Source: an uncultured Eubacteriales bacterium (GTDB lineage Bacteria; Bacillota; Clostridia; Christensenellales; UBA1242). From it: DNA of 60,482 nt. The notes beneath the pieces are model-generated. The model did not search any database. It was not told where the DNA came from and worked only from the letters and a program-made list of their open reading frames with translations. This document shows, in pieces, positions 16,673 through 27,124 of this stretch (position 1 is its first letter; every line of letters starts with the position of its first letter). The DNA is taken from assembly GCA_900321185.1 (NCBI GenBank), contig ONVD01000024.1, positions 1 through 60,482 on the forward strand, written 5' to 3'. A program made the translations under genes and the position numbers.

Positions 16673-19600
16673 ATGTTTGAATTAAAAAATTTTAACAGTT
16701 TAAAAATTGGTCTTGCTTCTCCCGAGAAGATTAGAGAGTGGTCTCATGGTGAAGTTACTAGACCCGAAACAATCAACTATCGCACTCTTAAACCAGAAAT
16801 CAATGGTCTATTCTGTGAACGTATTTTTGGACCTCGCAAAGACTATGAGTGTCACTGTGGAAAATACAAGCGCGTTAGATACAAAGGACATCACTGCGAA
16901 AAATGTGGTGTAGAGATTACACGTTCAAAAGTTCGTCGTGAACGTATGGGACATATTGAACTTGCAACACCAGTATCACACATTTGGTATGTAAGAGGTG
17001 TGCCAAGTCGTATTGGGACAATCCTAGATATGACTGCCAAAAATCTAGAGCAAGTGCTATATTATGTATGTTATATTGTGCTTGACCCAGGCAAATCCAA
17101 TTTCGAGTTTAAGCAGGTTATTACAGACAAAGAATACCGTGATGCTGTTGAGGAATTTGGCGCTGACGGCTTTAGGGCAGGAATGGGTGCAGAGGCAATT
17201 CGTGAGTTGCTCTCAAATATAGACCTAGAGAAAGAAAGTAAAGAGCTAAAAGAGATTGTTCTTACTGCCAAAGGTGCAAAAAAATTGAAGGCAGTCAAAA
17301 AGCTAGAGACGGTTGAAGCATTTTTAAAGAGTGGTAACAATCCTCGTTGGATGATTTTGGATTGCTTACCAGTTTTGCCACCAGATTTGCGTCCTATGAT
17401 TCAATTGGACGGTGGACGCTTTGCCGCAAGTGACCTAAACGACCTCTATAGACGTGTTATTAACCGTAACAATCGATTAAAAAAATTGATTGACCTTGGT
17501 GCTCCTGACGTTATTGTACGTAACGAAAAACGTATGTTGCAAGAAGCAGTGGATGCATTGATAGACAACGGTAAACGCGGAAAACCTGTTCAGGGTGCAA
17601 AACAACGTGAGCTCAAATCTTTGACTGCTATGATTAGCGGTAAGCAAGGTCGTTTCCGTCAAAACTTGCTAGGTAAACGTGTAGACTATTCTGGTCGTTC
17701 GGTTATTGTAGTAGGCCCTGAATTAAAAATTTACCAATGTGGTGTTCCTAAAGAGATGGCACTTGAGCTATTCAAACCTTTTGTTATGCGAAAATTAGTA
17801 GAACTTAACTTTACACAAAATGTAAAGAGTGCAAAACGTATGGTTGAGCGTGAGCGTCCAGAAGTATGGGACATCCTAGAGGATGTTATCAAAGACCACC
17901 CAGTTATCTTGGACCGTGCACCTACGTTGCACCGCTTGAGTCTGCAAGCGTTTGAGCCAGTATTGGTCGAAGGTCGTGCTATCAAATTGCATCCTTTGGT
18001 ATGTCCAGGATTTAACGCCGACTTTGATGGTGATACAATGGCTATTCACTTGCCTTTGTCAATCGCTGCTCGTACTGAGGCACGTGTATTGATGTTGGCT
18101 AGTAACAACATTTTGCGTCCAGCAACTGGTGTTTCGGCTATTGAGCCTAACCAAGATATGATTTTGGGGGCGTATTACATGACGGTAGACGACCCAGATG
18201 CAAAAGGGGCTGGTACTCGTTTTGCGGATGAAGCAGAAGCTAAAATGGCTTTTGCAAATGGTTTGGTGAACGTACATGCTCCAATTGAAGTAAGACGTGA
18301 GACGATTTTGCACGGTGAAAAGATTCAGAGGCGTGTAAAGACAACTATTGGGCGTATATTGTTTAATGAATGTATCCCTCAGGTTTTGGGATATGTTGAC
18401 CGTGAAAACCCAGATACATGTTTAAACTACGAAATTGATTTTCCAATGACAGTTAATTTGTTAAAAGAGTTGATTTCAAAAACTTTTGACCTTTTGGGGA
18501 CAACTAAGACAGCTGTTATGTTGGATGCCGTTAAGGCGTTTGGTTACAAATATGCTACAACCTCGGGTATAACAATTAACGTATATGATATGCTCATTCC
18601 TAAGGAACGTCAAGAATACATTGACCAATACACTAAACTTACTCAAAACAACGAACGTCTGTATGGTCGTGGACTAATCACTCGTGAAGAAAAAGTAAAC
18701 AAAAACATTGAGTTGTGGAACGAAGCAACTGCCAAGATTAAGTCGGCAGTCATGAGCAACTTGCCAAAGTTTAACCATATATCTATGATGGTTACATCCA
18801 AGGCTCGTGGTAGTGCCGACCAGGTTAACCAGTTGGGTGGTATTCGTGGTATAATTGCCAACTCATCTGGTGAACGTATTGATATCCCTGTTATTTCGAA
18901 CTATCGTATTGGCTTGTCCACATTCGAATACTTTATGTCCACTCGTGGTGGTCGTAAAGGTATGGCTGATACGGCACTTAAGACAGCCGACTCTGGTTAT
19001 ATGACCCGTAGGCTTGTAGATATTGCTCATGGTGTAATTGTAACAGAGGAAGATTGTTTTGCTTCTCGTGGAGAAACACCAAAAGGAATGGAAGTTACCG
19101 AATTAAAAATGGGTGACAACGTAATCGAAACTTTGGCAGGGCGCATCAGTGGTCGTGTAACAGTAAATGATATTATTGACCCTTCTACTGGTGAAGTGCT
19201 AGTCAAGGCAAATGAAATGATTACGCCTCGTATGTCAAAAATTATTGAGGCAGCGGGCATCAAATCAGTAACAATTAGGAGTGTACTTACTTGTAAGGCT
19301 CGTCATGGCGTTTGTGCAAAATGTTATGGTCGTGACTTAACTGGTACATCATTGGTTGAGATTGGTGAAGCTGTCGGTGTTATTGCAGCACAATCTATAG
19401 GTGAACCAGGAACACAGTTAACGATGCGTACATTCCACACTGGTGGTGTAGCATCAGTTTCGGATATTACCCAAGGTCTTCCTCGTGTCGAAGAGGTCTT
19501 TGAGGCTCGTCGTCCAAACGGTGCCGCTATGGTTAGTGAAGTCGGTGGTAAGATTTCTGTTACAACTATTGACAATCGTAAATGTGTAACAGTTCATTCA

Positions 19601-20353
19601 AATGAGGGTGATGTTGAATACTTGTTACCAGCACATTCTGTAATTAGAGTGAAAGATGGAGACGAAGTCAAGAGTGGTACTCCTTTGACCGAAGGTAGTA
19701 TTTACCCACAAGATATTTTACGTACTCGTGGTATAAAAGATGTCGAGGACTATATTCTTACAGAGGTGTACTCTGTATACAAATCACAGGGTGTAGATAT
19801 TGACCCTAAACACATTGAAATTATCGTTAAACAAATGCTTCGTCGTGCAAAAGTCGAATCAAGTGGAGATACAGATTTAATTCCTGGCGAAATTTTGGAT
19901 GCAGAGGATTTGGATGAAATCAATCTTAAGGCTATATCTGAGGGTAAAATGCCAGCCAACGCTCGTCGTATTTTGCAAGGTTTGACAAAAGCAAGTTTGT
20001 CTACAAACAGTTTCCTTAGTGCGGCATCTTTCCAAGAATCAAGCCGTGTGTTAACTGGTGCTGCTATTAAAGGTAAAGTTGACCATCTTGAAGGTTTAAA
20101 AGAGAACGTTATTATAGGTAAACTCATTCCTGCAGGTACAGGTTTAGCACAGTACAATACTGTGATACCAAATGTCTTTGAACAAGTTAAAGAAGAAGCA
20201 GAGGAAGAGACTAAGTTAGAGTATCCAAATGCACAAAGTGATGAACCAACAACTATGGAGTCTTTGGATACCCCTAACGAGGTCAAAACCGAAACAAAAA
20301 CTACTGAAATGGAAATGGATGAATTTGACAAAGAGAGCGGACAAGACGAATAA
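16673..20353 (+). CDS. rpoC: DNA-directed RNA polymerase subunit beta-prime
   Basis: 1226 aa. Zn finger [20 protein letters not shown] and catalytic NADFDGD. Follows rpoB after an 11-nt gap. Confidence 0.98.
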   Translation: MFELKNFNSLKIGLASPEKIREWSHGEVTRPETINYRTLKPEINGLFCERIFGPRKDYECHCGKYKRVRYKGHHCEKCGVEITRSKVRRERMGHIELATPVSHIWYVRGVPSRIGTILDMTAKNLEQVLYYVCYIVLDPGKSNFEFKQVITDKEYRDAVEEFGADGFRAGMGAEAIRELLSNIDLEKESKELKEIVLTAKGAKKLKAVKKLETVEAFLKSGNNPRWMILDCLPVLPPDLRPMIQLDGGRFAASDLNDLYRRVINRNNRLKKLIDLGAPDVIVRNEKRMLQEAVDALIDNGKRGKPVQGAKQRELKSLTAMISGKQGRFRQNLLGKRVDYSGRSVIVVGPELKIYQCGVPKEMALELFKPFVMRKLVELNFTQNVKSAKRMVERERPEVWDILEDVIKDHPVILDRAPTLHRLSLQAFEPVLVEGRAIKLHPLVCPGFNADFDGDTMAIHLPLSIAARTEARVLMLASNNILRPATGVSAIEPNQDMILGAYYMTVDDPDAKGAGTRFADEAEAKMAFANGLVNVHAPIEVRRETILHGEKIQRRVKTTIGRILFNECIPQVLGYVDRENPDTCLNYEIDFPMTVNLLKELISKTFDLLGTTKTAVMLDAVKAFGYKYATTSGITINVYDMLIPKERQEYIDQYTKLTQNNERLYGRGLITREEKVNKNIELWNEATAKIKSAVMSNLPKFNHISMMVTSKARGSADQVNQLGGIRGIIANSSGERIDIPVISNYRIGLSTFEYFMSTRGGRKGMADTALKTADSGYMTRRLVDIAHGVIVTEEDCFASRGETPKGMEVTELKMGDNVIETLAGRISGRVTVNDIIDPSTGEVLVKANEMITPRMSKIIEAAGIKSVTIRSVLTCKARHGVCAKCYGRDLTGTSLVEIGEAVGVIAAQSIGEPGTQLTMRTFHTGGVASVSDITQGLPRVEEVFEARRPNGAAMVSEVGGKISVTTIDNRKCVTVHSNEGDVEYLLPAHSVIRVKDGDEVKSGTPLTEGSIYPQDILRTRGIKDVEDYILTEVYSVYKSQGVDIDPKHIEIIVKQMLRRAKVESSGDTDLIPGEILDAEDLDEINLKAISEGKMPANARRILQGLTKASLSTNSFLSAASFQESSRVLTGAAIKGKVDHLEGLKENVIIGKLIPAGTGLAQYNTVIPNVFEQVKEEAEEETKLEYPNAQSDEPTTMESLDTPNEVKTETKTTEMEMDEFDKESGQDE

Positions 20354-20361
20354 TATATAAA

Positions 20362-20386
20362 GGGAAGCAAAATTTGCTTCCCTTTT
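20362..20386 (+). terminator. rho-independent terminator after rpoC
   Basis: GGGAAGC-aaaattt-GCTTCCC followed by TTTTGTT. Confidence 0.8.
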
Positions 20387-20405
20387 GTTATTTATGGAAA
20401 ACTTA

Positions 20406-20446
20406 GGTACTATGCATAGTACTATGCACTATTTTACGCATAGTTA
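20406..20446. repeat. GTACTATGCA-family repeat, locus B1 (tandem 12-mers plus degenerate copy)
   Basis: GGTACTATGCATAGTACTATGCAC followed by ACGCATAGTTA. Lies after the rpoC terminator. Confidence 0.85.
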
Positions 20447-20538
20447 TCCTTTTTCTAATTGGTATTGAATATAAATAATACTATAGGTTACAAAAATACA
20501 ATGCTTGTTTTGTAGGTGATATAAACAACAAAAAACAA

Positions 20539-20561
20539 GGTACTATGCACTGCATAGTACC
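20539..20561. repeat. GTACTATGCA-family repeat, locus B2 (inverted pair doubling as prfA terminator)
   Basis: GGTACTATGCA-C-TGCATAGTACC, flanked by an A-run upstream and a T-run downstream. On the minus strand it is followed by TTGTTTTTTG, 50 nt after the prfA stop. Confidence 0.85.
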
Positions 20562-20611
20562 TGTTTATTTTTTATGTTTTTAATATTATTTATATGCATT
20601 ATTTGATATTT

Positions 20612-21676
20612 TTACAAATTTTGTAATTTTAACTGAATATCATAGTTGTTTAGCGCATCTATCATTTCTTGAATATCACCAGCCATAAAGTTGTTGATAT
20701 TATGTAATGACAGACCAATCCTATGATCTGTGACACGGTCTTGAGGAAAGTTGTAAGTACGTATACGCTCACTGCGGTCACCTGTTCCTACTTGGGATTT
20801 TCTTTCCTGTGCATGTTCCGCTTGTGCTTGTTGCTCATACATATCTTGTAGTCTTGCACGCAGTACATTCATTGCTTTTTCTTTATTTTTTATTTGACTA
20901 CGTTCGTCTTGACAAACAATAACCATACCTGTTGGTATGTGCGTAATACGTACAGCACTGTCTGTTGTGTTAACACCTTGGCCACCGTTTCCGCCAGAGT
21001 GGAATGTGTCAATGCGTAGGTCTTTTTCGTCAATCTGCACATTGATATCTTCACATTCTGGTAAAACCGCCACAGTGACAGTACTTGTATGGACACGCCC
21101 TTGGCTCTCTGTCTCTGGTACACGTTGCACACGATGAACACCAATTTCCCATTTGAGCTGATGATAAACCTGCTCACCAATTATATGCATAACACCTTCT
21201 TTGAGCCCACCAACTTCGGTTTGACTGTAAGAAATAATTTCCGTACTCCAACCTTTACTTTCGGCGTAATGTTTGTACATATTGAATAATTCTGAGGCAA
21301 ACAAACTGGCTTCGTCTCCACCTGCTGCAGGACGAATCTCAAGGTATACGTTATTGTCGTCTCTTTCATCTTTAGGTAAAAGGGCAATTTCAACTTTTTT
21401 ATCTAACTCGGCTATTTTGTCTTCAAAGCTTTTGACTTCTTCTTCTGCCATTGCTCTAAGTTCAGCATCGGTCTCGTTGTTTGCTACATTTTTTGCTTGT
21501 TCAAAACTTGTGAGAGTAGATTCATATTCATTGTACAATTCTACATAATCTCTTAATGAGGCTTGTTCTTTGGATAATTTTTTAAATTTTTCGATATCCG
21601 AAAAAATTTCTGGGTCACAAAGTTGAGTTGCTAAATCGTTGTATTTTTGTACAAATGGTTTTAATTTTTCAATCAT
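20612..21676 (-). CDS. prfA: peptide chain release factor 1
   Basis: GGQ motif ([11 protein letters not shown]) and RF1 tripeptide PET ([14 protein letters not shown]). Start trimmed to MIEKLKP after GGAG. Confidence 0.95.
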   Translation of the reverse strand: MIEKLKPFVQKYNDLATQLCDPEIFSDIEKFKKLSKEQASLRDYVELYNEYESTLTSFEQAKNVANNETDAELRAMAEEEVKSFEDKIAELDKKVEIALLPKDERDDNNVYLEIRPAAGGDEASLFASELFNMYKHYAESKGWSTEIISYSQTEVGGLKEGVMHIIGEQVYHQLKWEIGVHRVQRVPETESQGRVHTSTVTVAVLPECEDINVQIDEKDLRIDTFHSGGNGGQGVNTTDSAVRITHIPTGMVIVCQDERSQIKNKEKAMNVLRARLQDMYEQQAQAEHAQERKSQVGTGDRSERIRTYNFPQDRVTDHRIGLSLHNINNFMAGDIQEMIDALNNYDIQLKLQNL

Positions 21677-21678
21677 TT

Positions 21679-22485
21679 TTATCTCCTTACACATTTCACC
21701 ATTCGTGAATGTTTGTCATAATCCTTATAGACTTGTATTTGTTTAAAATTTTGGGATAATAATTCGGGCACCGTTTGACCTTGGTCAAAACCAATCTCTA
21801 GATACAATACCCCGTCACGTTTTAGTGATTTTGGGGAGTCTTGGGCAATCTGTTTGTAAAAAGTTAGCCCGTCTACACCTCCGTCTAGGGCAATGTTTGG
21901 CTCAAAATTTTTGACGTTAGGAGGGAGAGTTGTCAAGTCTTTTGACGCAATGTATGGGGGATTGGATACAATAATATCAAAATTTGTGTTTACGTTTTGG
22001 AACATGTCACTTTGTAAAAAATTTATTACAACATTATTTTTTTGTGCGTTTTGCTTTGCCATATTTAGTGCCATAATACTTGTGTCTACTGCTGTCACTT
22101 GACAATCTAAATGTTTTTTTAAGGCAATTGCAATACAGCCAGAGCCTGTGCACATATCTAGAATATTAAGGTTTTGTTTGCTTTTATTGTCCTTAATGAT
22201 CATTTCCACTAATTGTTCTGTTTCCATGCGTGGTATCAATACGTTTTGGTCAACGCAAAACTCCAAGCCAAAAAAAGGTGCATGTCCAACAATGTATGCA
22301 AGAGGCATATTGTCTTTTAATTTTTTTAAAGCTTTGTCCAACTTGTTTATTACATCTTGCGTAAGTTGTTGTTGCATAAAGTCATATTTATTACATTTAC
22401 ATATCTCACAACCCAGCCAACCTAAATCACGTATATTATCAATAGCTAACGGTTGATGCATATCCACATAATCCAAAAACTGCAT
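21679..22485 (-). CDS. prmC: release-factor glutamine N5-methyltransferase
   Basis: SAM motif [12 protein letters not shown] and NPPY (VSNPPYI). Immediately upstream of prfA on the same strand. Confidence 0.9.
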   Translation of the reverse strand: MQFLDYVDMHQPLAIDNIRDLGWLGCEICKCNKYDFMQQQLTQDVINKLDKALKKLKDNMPLAYIVGHAPFFGLEFCVDQNVLIPRMETEQLVEMIIKDNKSKQNLNILDMCTGSGCIAIALKKHLDCQVTAVDTSIMALNMAKQNAQKNNVVINFLQSDMFQNVNTNFDIIVSNPPYIASKDLTTLPPNVKNFEPNIALDGGVDGLTFYKQIAQDSPKSLKRDGVLYLEIGFDQGQTVPELLSQNFKQIQVYKDYDKHSRMVKCVRR

Positions 22486-22500
22486 ATTCCCTCACAATAC

Positions 22501-22525
22501 AAAAAAATAGATGCAAAGCATCTAT
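22501..22525 (-). terminator. terminator after rpmE
   Basis: Minus strand: ATAGATGC-ttt-GCATCTAT followed by TTTTTT(T). Confidence 0.65.
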
Positions 22526-22542
22526 CTAACATGATGTTTGTC

Positions 22543-22764
22543 TTATTCAGCAGACTTTGTTTGACGGTTGTACTTTTTGTTAAACCTTTCAACACGACCT
22601 GCAGTATCTACAACCTTTTGTTTACCTGTAAAGTAAGGGTGGCAAAGGTTGCAAATATCAATGTTCATAGTATCACTCTTGTAAGTAGACCTTGTGTGGA
22701 ATGTGTTACCACAAGCACACACAACAGTAACATCGTGATAATTTGGGTGTGTATTTGCTTTCAT
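22543..22764 (-). CDS. rpmE: 50S ribosomal protein L31
   Basis: [22 protein letters not shown]...CHPYFTGKQ...[10 protein letters not shown]. Start trimmed to the ATG 6 nt after GAGGTG. Confidence 0.95.
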   Translation of the reverse strand: MKANTHPNYHDVTVVCACGNTFHTRSTYKSDTMNIDICNLCHPYFTGKQKVVDTAGRVERFNKKYNRQTKSAE

Positions 22765-22839
22765 ATCTTTCACCTCGACAATAATAATATTAAAACATTA
22801 TAGAGTAATTTTTTGTATAAGTCAAGGGTTTTTCAAAAA

Positions 22840-24204
22840 TTATTTAATATTTACTAATGTTTTTGCGTACTCACGGGCAAATTTCTCAATATCTCCAGCA
22901 CCTAACCACAACACGATATCTCCATTTTGCAAGACATTGTCTAGTGTATAGTTTATGGAATTGGGCGTAGTGAAATACTGTGTAGATTTTACGTTCTGTA
23001 TATTATAAAACAAATCTATTGCACGCCCGCCCATGATAGTTTGTTCACGCGCGGGGTATGTAGGCAATACAAATAGTATATCTAATCCTAAAAAGCACTT
23101 GCTAAATTCTGGCATGAGGGCAAGAGTGCGTGAATATGTATGCGGTTGGAATATACCAATTAACCTATTATGCTTTAATTTTTTTGCTGAGTTTATGCAC
23201 GCACTAATCTCGCTCGGGTGGTGCGCATAATCTAATATTAAATCAAATGCACCGTGATAGATATTCTCAAAACGCCTTTTTGTACCCTCAAAACTTAATA
23301 TTGCAGTCTTTATGGTATCAAAGTCAATATGATAGACTATTGCTACACAAACAGCACTTAGGATATTGTAGATATTGTGTTCACCTACAAGAGACGTATA
23401 TATTTTCCCCAATTTGTTGCCATGGGCATATATATCAAAGTTGGTGATGTTTTGCTCACTCTTAATATTTTTGGCATAGATGTCATTACTACTATCAAAA
23501 CCAAATGTCTTTGTGTTTTTAAAGTTAAAACCATCTTTGGATAGCAAATCGCCATTAATTACAAGATTATCTTTTGTTTGTCTAGATAATTGTAAAAATG
23601 CTTTTTGTATTTCATTTTTGTCTTTATAACAATCTGGGTGGTCCATCTCGATATTATTAATAATGGTCGTATGTGGGTTGAGATGTAAAAAACTCTTTTG
23701 ATATTCGCATGCTTCGGTAATAAAATAATTGCGTGAGCCGAGTTTGAGATTACTGTCAAAGTTTTTTGCTATTCCGCCAATGTGTACAGTAGGTGCTAAT
23801 TTTGCTTGGTAAAATATCCATCCTAACAGCGCGGTAGTGGTTGTTTTGCCATGTGTACCTGATATGGCTATCAGATTGTTATATTTGCAACTAAGTATAC
23901 CCAACAATGTGGCTCGTTCGTAAACTTTTTTATGTAGTCTATATGCAAGTTTTAGGTCAGAATCATTTTTTGGTATTGCGTTAGTAAAAATGACTAAATC
24001 TGCGTTTTTAACAAGTAGCGGTGCTTTACCGATTTTTATTTTTGCTATTTTGTCATGTTTGAGTGCTTGCACATTTTCGTTATCTGTAATATCTGTCCCA
24101 AATATGTTCGCCCCCAGACTATAGCACAATCTTGCTAACGCTGACATGCTGATTCCACCTATCCCCAAAAAGACGATATTTTTGTTTTTAAATTCCATAT
24201 CCAT
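22840..24204 (-). CDS. murC: UDP-N-acetylmuramate--L-alanine ligase
   Basis: N-terminal FLGIGGISMSALA and Mur ligase P-loop GTHGKTTTT. The start is ambiguous (24204 or 24198) and no clear SD is present. Confidence 0.9.
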   Translation of the reverse strand: MDMEFKNKNIVFLGIGGISMSALARLCYSLGANIFGTDITDNENVQALKHDKIAKIKIGKAPLLVKNADLVIFTNAIPKNDSDLKLAYRLHKKVYERATLLGILSCKYNNLIAISGTHGKTTTTALLGWIFYQAKLAPTVHIGGIAKNFDSNLKLGSRNYFITEACEYQKSFLHLNPHTTIINNIEMDHPDCYKDKNEIQKAFLQLSRQTKDNLVINGDLLSKDGFNFKNTKTFGFDSSNDIYAKNIKSEQNITNFDIYAHGNKLGKIYTSLVGEHNIYNILSAVCVAIVYHIDFDTIKTAILSFEGTKRRFENIYHGAFDLILDYAHHPSEISACINSAKKLKHNRLIGIFQPHTYSRTLALMPEFSKCFLGLDILFVLPTYPAREQTIMGGRAIDLFYNIQNVKSTQYFTTPNSINYTLDNVLQNGDIVLWLGAGDIEKFAREYAKTLVNIK

Positions 24205-24276
24205 ATTATGTTTATACGAAAAATACACCCAAAAGGTGCGTAAAATTTTAAAAACTAAAAAACTTATGTTATTTAT

Positions 24277-24305
24277 TTGACAAAATTGACACTTCTTAGT
24301 ATTAT
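24277..24305 (+). promoter_or_regulatory. sigma-A-like promoter of spoVG
   Basis: TTGACA (24277-24282), 17 nt spacer, TATTAT (24300-24305). Confidence 0.5.
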
Positions 24306-24364
24306 TAATATGGCTAAAAGGTAATCTTTTTTGCTAAATAATGAAAGGAAGGTGCAGAGACTTG

Positions 24365-24661
24365 ATGAAAATTTCAGACATTCGTATTCGTATCGTGAAA
24401 AAAGATGACAACAAACTCAAGGCAGTTGCTTCTCTTACCATAGATGACTGTTTTGCTGTTCACGACATCAAAGTTATTGACGGAAATCAAGGCTTGTTTG
24501 TAGCAATGCCTAGTCGTAAGACTCCAGAAGGTAACTTTAAAGACATCGTTCATCCTTTGGACACAGCAACCAGAGAAGAAATCACCAAGTTGGTTCTTGC
24601 TGAGTACAACAAGGTTCTTGCAGAATCTGATGGACAAGCACAAGAGCCTGCTGGCGAGTAA
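24365..24661 (+). CDS. spoVG: septation/sporulation protein SpoVG
   Basis: MKISDIRIRIV...AVASLTIDDCFAVHDIKVIDGNQGLFVAMPSRKTPEG.FKDIVHP closely parallels B. subtilis SpoVG. Confidence 0.93.
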   Translation: MKISDIRIRIVKKDDNKLKAVASLTIDDCFAVHDIKVIDGNQGLFVAMPSRKTPEGNFKDIVHPLDTATREEITKLVLAEYNKVLAESDGQAQEPAGE

Positions 24662-24699
24662 TTTGCTGTTTGGGTGTAATTGTTTATACCTTAAGAATG

Positions 24700-24726
24700 T
24701 CACGCTAGACAGCGTGGCGTTTTTTA
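24700..24726 (+). terminator. terminator after spoVG
   Basis: GTCACGCT-agac-AGCGTGGC, then G and TTTTTT. Confidence 0.75.
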
Positions 24727-24777
24727 TTAAAAAAATATCCACTTGAATGTTGGATATTTTTTGTTTTTAATAGGTCA

Positions 24778-25038
24778 TTATTTCTTTTTTTCATTTTCTT
24801 TATCTTGTTTGGATTTTTTCTCTTTTTTGGGGCTAATCAGCACTAGATTGCCTTTTTTAATAACACAATATATCAATAGATAGATACTACACAGTCCTAC
24901 AATAGTATATAAAAATCTACTGATAAAATGTGCTTGACTCCCAAAAATGCCAGCGATAAAATCAAACTGAAAAATACCAATACACAACCAATTGATAGCA
25001 CCTATTTGTGTAATTAAAAAAGCTATTAGATTAAACAT
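24778..25038 (-). CDS. DUF378-family small membrane protein with Lys-rich tail
   Basis: MFNLIAFLITQIGAINWLCIGIFQFDFIAGIFG is the DUF378 signature. Start chosen at the ATG 9 nt after GAGGG. Confidence 0.7.
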   Translation of the reverse strand: MFNLIAFLITQIGAINWLCIGIFQFDFIAGIFGSQAHFISRFLYTIVGLCSIYLLIYCVIKKGNLVLISPKKEKKSKQDKENEKKK

Positions 25039-25227
25039 AATTATGTCCCTCATACTGTAGTTTGTGAAAATCTTACCTAAATATGTACCATAGTCATATT
25101 TGGGCAAAAATTTTTGATTTAGGCTAAATTTTTGTTTAAACATCAAAAATAATGAAAATAATTATTCTAGACTTTATAAAGTTAAAAATAACTACAAAAT
25201 GTCAATTTATCAATCAAAAATCATTTT

Positions 25228-25256
25228 TTGCAAAGTTTTTAATTGCCTTTTATAAT
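25228..25256 (+). promoter_or_regulatory. sigma-A-like (vegetative-type) promoter of spo0A
   Basis: TTGCAA (25228-25233), 17 nt spacer, TATAAT (25251-25256). Confidence 0.5.
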
Positions 25257-25259
25257 AAA

Positions 25260-25266
25260 TTCGACA
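25260..25266 (-). promoter_or_regulatory. perfect 0A box (TGTCGAA) overlapping the predicted spo0A transcription start
   Basis: Plus strand TTCGACA is the complement of TGTCGAA, 4 nt downstream of the -10 hexamer. Confidence 0.45.
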
Positions 25267-25401
25267 TTTTTGTACAATAAATCAGTATTTTAGTTGGTAA
25301 GTAACATTAAATTATTAAATTTTTAGTTTGGCAAACATATAAACTTTGCTATTATCAAAATATCCGCTCTTTGTAAAGAGGTGGATTATTTGGAGGTAAA
25401 A

Positions 25402-26217
25402 ATGAATAATATTAAAATGGTCGTAATTGATGACAGTCAACAAATGAAGGATATGATAGCACAAAGGTTTAACCAAGAAAATGGTTTTGACGTGTTGGAG
25501 CACGTCACAGACGGAAACAAAGCGGTAGACGTTGTTAAAGCAACAAAACCAGACGTAGTTTTACTTGATTTGGTTATTTCGGGGAGAGACGGAATGAGTG
25601 TGCTAGAGGATATAAAGGCGTTGCCTTCTTCACCAAAAGTAATTGTAGTAACAGCACTTACAGGTGATGGTTTTGTGTGTTCGGCAATGCAAAATGGTGC
25701 TAGTTATTATATTGTAAAGCCTTGTTCGAGTGATGATGTCGAACGTCGTATCAAGGCAATTTGTGCCGAGCAAACAAATTCGACAAATCAACAACAAGAG
25801 CACGTCAATTCACTTGTATCCCAATACAAGAACGAAGGTACGATTAGTGTGGCTAGTATAAGGCATGGCAAATCTTTGGATGAAAAGATAAGTAATATTT
25901 TTATTACAGTAGGTATCCCCGCTCACATAAAAGGATATCAGTTTTTGCGCGAGGCCATTAAAATGGCAGTGGATACTCCAGATATAGTCAACAGTATCAC
26001 CAAAAAATTGTACCCAAACATTGCTTCACGCTTTAGCACGTCTGCTAGCAAGGTGGAGCGTGCTATTAGGCATGCTATCGAAGTTGCGTGGAATAGAGGG
26101 AAAATAGAGAACATAAATTCGGTTTTTGGCTTGCAGGTGTACAATGCCAACGAAAAGCCAACCAATGGAGAATTTATTGCCCTAGTAGCAGATAAAATGA
26201 TTATTGAGGGGTGTTAA
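25402..26217 (+). CDS. spo0A: sporulation master response regulator Spo0A
   Basis: Receiver domain (VVIDD...DVVLLDLV...IVKP) and Spo0A-specific C-terminus (GIPAHIKGYQFLREAI...SKVERAIRHAIEVAWNRG...KPTNGEFIALVADK). Confidence 0.95.
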   Translation: MNNIKMVVIDDSQQMKDMIAQRFNQENGFDVLEHVTDGNKAVDVVKATKPDVVLLDLVISGRDGMSVLEDIKALPSSPKVIVVTALTGDGFVCSAMQNGASYYIVKPCSSDDVERRIKAICAEQTNSTNQQQEHVNSLVSQYKNEGTISVASIRHGKSLDEKISNIFITVGIPAHIKGYQFLREAIKMAVDTPDIVNSITKKLYPNIASRFSTSASKVERAIRHAIEVAWNRGKIENINSVFGLQVYNANEKPTNGEFIALVADKMIIEGC

Positions 26218-26367
26218 ACAAAAAAATCTACAAAAATTTGTAAAAAATGATTAAAAATAGTTTACTTTTAAAAAATGTTTCTATATAATATGTGCAAATT
26301 TGGTGATACTAACATATTACTAAATGATAAAGCACATATTTTTTATTAAACTATTAGGAGAATTATT

Positions 26368-27000
26368 TTGGAAAAAACCACACCTAACAACAATGACAAT
26401 GGCTTTATTCGTTGCCCACGTTGTGAATTAAACTTTATACGCAAAAAAGACAAACTTTGCAGTGTATGTAAAAAAGAATTAGAGCAAGCCTATACTAAAG
26501 ACGATGACAGTGACCTGGATATCGGAGTCGATTTTGATATTTGCCCAGTGTGTAAAACTAACTACATTCGTGAAGATGAAGAGATGTGTATGCAGTGTCG
26601 TAAAGAGCGTGAGCTTGCTAATGGTTACAATTCGGATAACGACAGCGATTTAGATGATTCGGATGAGGAAGACGATACTGACGGCGTTGTGGCTGATGAC
26701 GAGTTAGGGGACATGGTCAATGTGACAGACCCAACAGATGATGAAGATAGTTTGGCTGATTTAGATTTGGATATGCCTATGGACGACGAAGAATTAGATT
26801 TGGGTGATGATTCGGCTGACTTTGATGATGAAGAAAGTGACGAAGATAGCGAAGAAGATGAGTTAGACAAAGATTTTGATGAAGACTTTGATGATGTCGA
26901 AGACGAAGATGAAGACGAAGATGATGATGAAGACGCAGATGAAGATGATGAAAATCTTGACGATGACTTTGACGAAGATGATGAAAAATCTAAAAAATAA
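26368..27000 (+). CDS. double zinc-ribbon protein with ~130-aa poly-Asp/Glu tail
   Basis: TTG start 7 nt after AGGAG. CPRC...CSVC and CPVC...CMQC pairs, then an almost purely D/E C-terminal half. Confidence 0.6.
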   Translation: MEKTTPNNNDNGFIRCPRCELNFIRKKDKLCSVCKKELEQAYTKDDDSDLDIGVDFDICPVCKTNYIREDEEMCMQCRKERELANGYNSDNDSDLDDSDEEDDTDGVVADDELGDMVNVTDPTDDEDSLADLDLDMPMDDEELDLGDDSADFDDEESDEDSEEDELDKDFDEDFDDVEDEDEDEDDDEDADEDDENLDDDFDEDDEKSKK

Positions 27001-27060
27001 ACTTTACAAACAAATTTTCATTTACATTTATATAGATTTATGTTACTTAAAGATAATACA

Positions 27061-27096
27061 AAAAGAATCTAACAAAAAAGAGTTAGATTCTTTTTT
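27061..27096. terminator. bidirectional terminator between convergent genes
   Basis: AAAAGAATCTAAC-aaaaaaga-GTTAGATTCTTTT(TT), with A- and T-runs on both sides. Confidence 0.75.
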
Positions 27097-27124
27097 ATAT
27101 TCAAAAAAGTTGATTGTTTGAGGC

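Noticed and set aside
19750-20370. 206-aa ORF antisense to the 3' end of rpoC. Similar long antisense ORFs lie at 31807-32538 (243 aa, opposite dus), 34680-35360 (226 aa, opposite pgk) and 28895-29341 (opposite greA).
   Set aside because: They lie entirely within strongly supported conserved genes on the other strand. Their composition is Ser/Leu/Ile-rich and low in complexity, and they lack an RBS. These are typical shadow ORFs.
20612-21676. Checked the release-factor gene for a programmed +1 frameshift.
   Set aside because: The gene is RF1 (PET motif), not RF2. The ORF is continuous with no internal in-frame stop.
22453-22803. 116-aa plus-strand ORF spanning the rpmE region. Other 60-100-aa ORFs are nested in murC, prfA, prmC, virB4, nrdD, tkt and others.
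   Set aside because: They are nested in or opposite conserved genes, with no RBS and no recognisable motifs.
26876-27121. 81-aa ORF (MMKTLMMSKTKMKTKMMM...), with its minus-strand partner at 26625-26870.
   Set aside because: These are alternative-frame readings of the GAT/GAA-rich poly-acidic tail of the zinc-ribbon gene.
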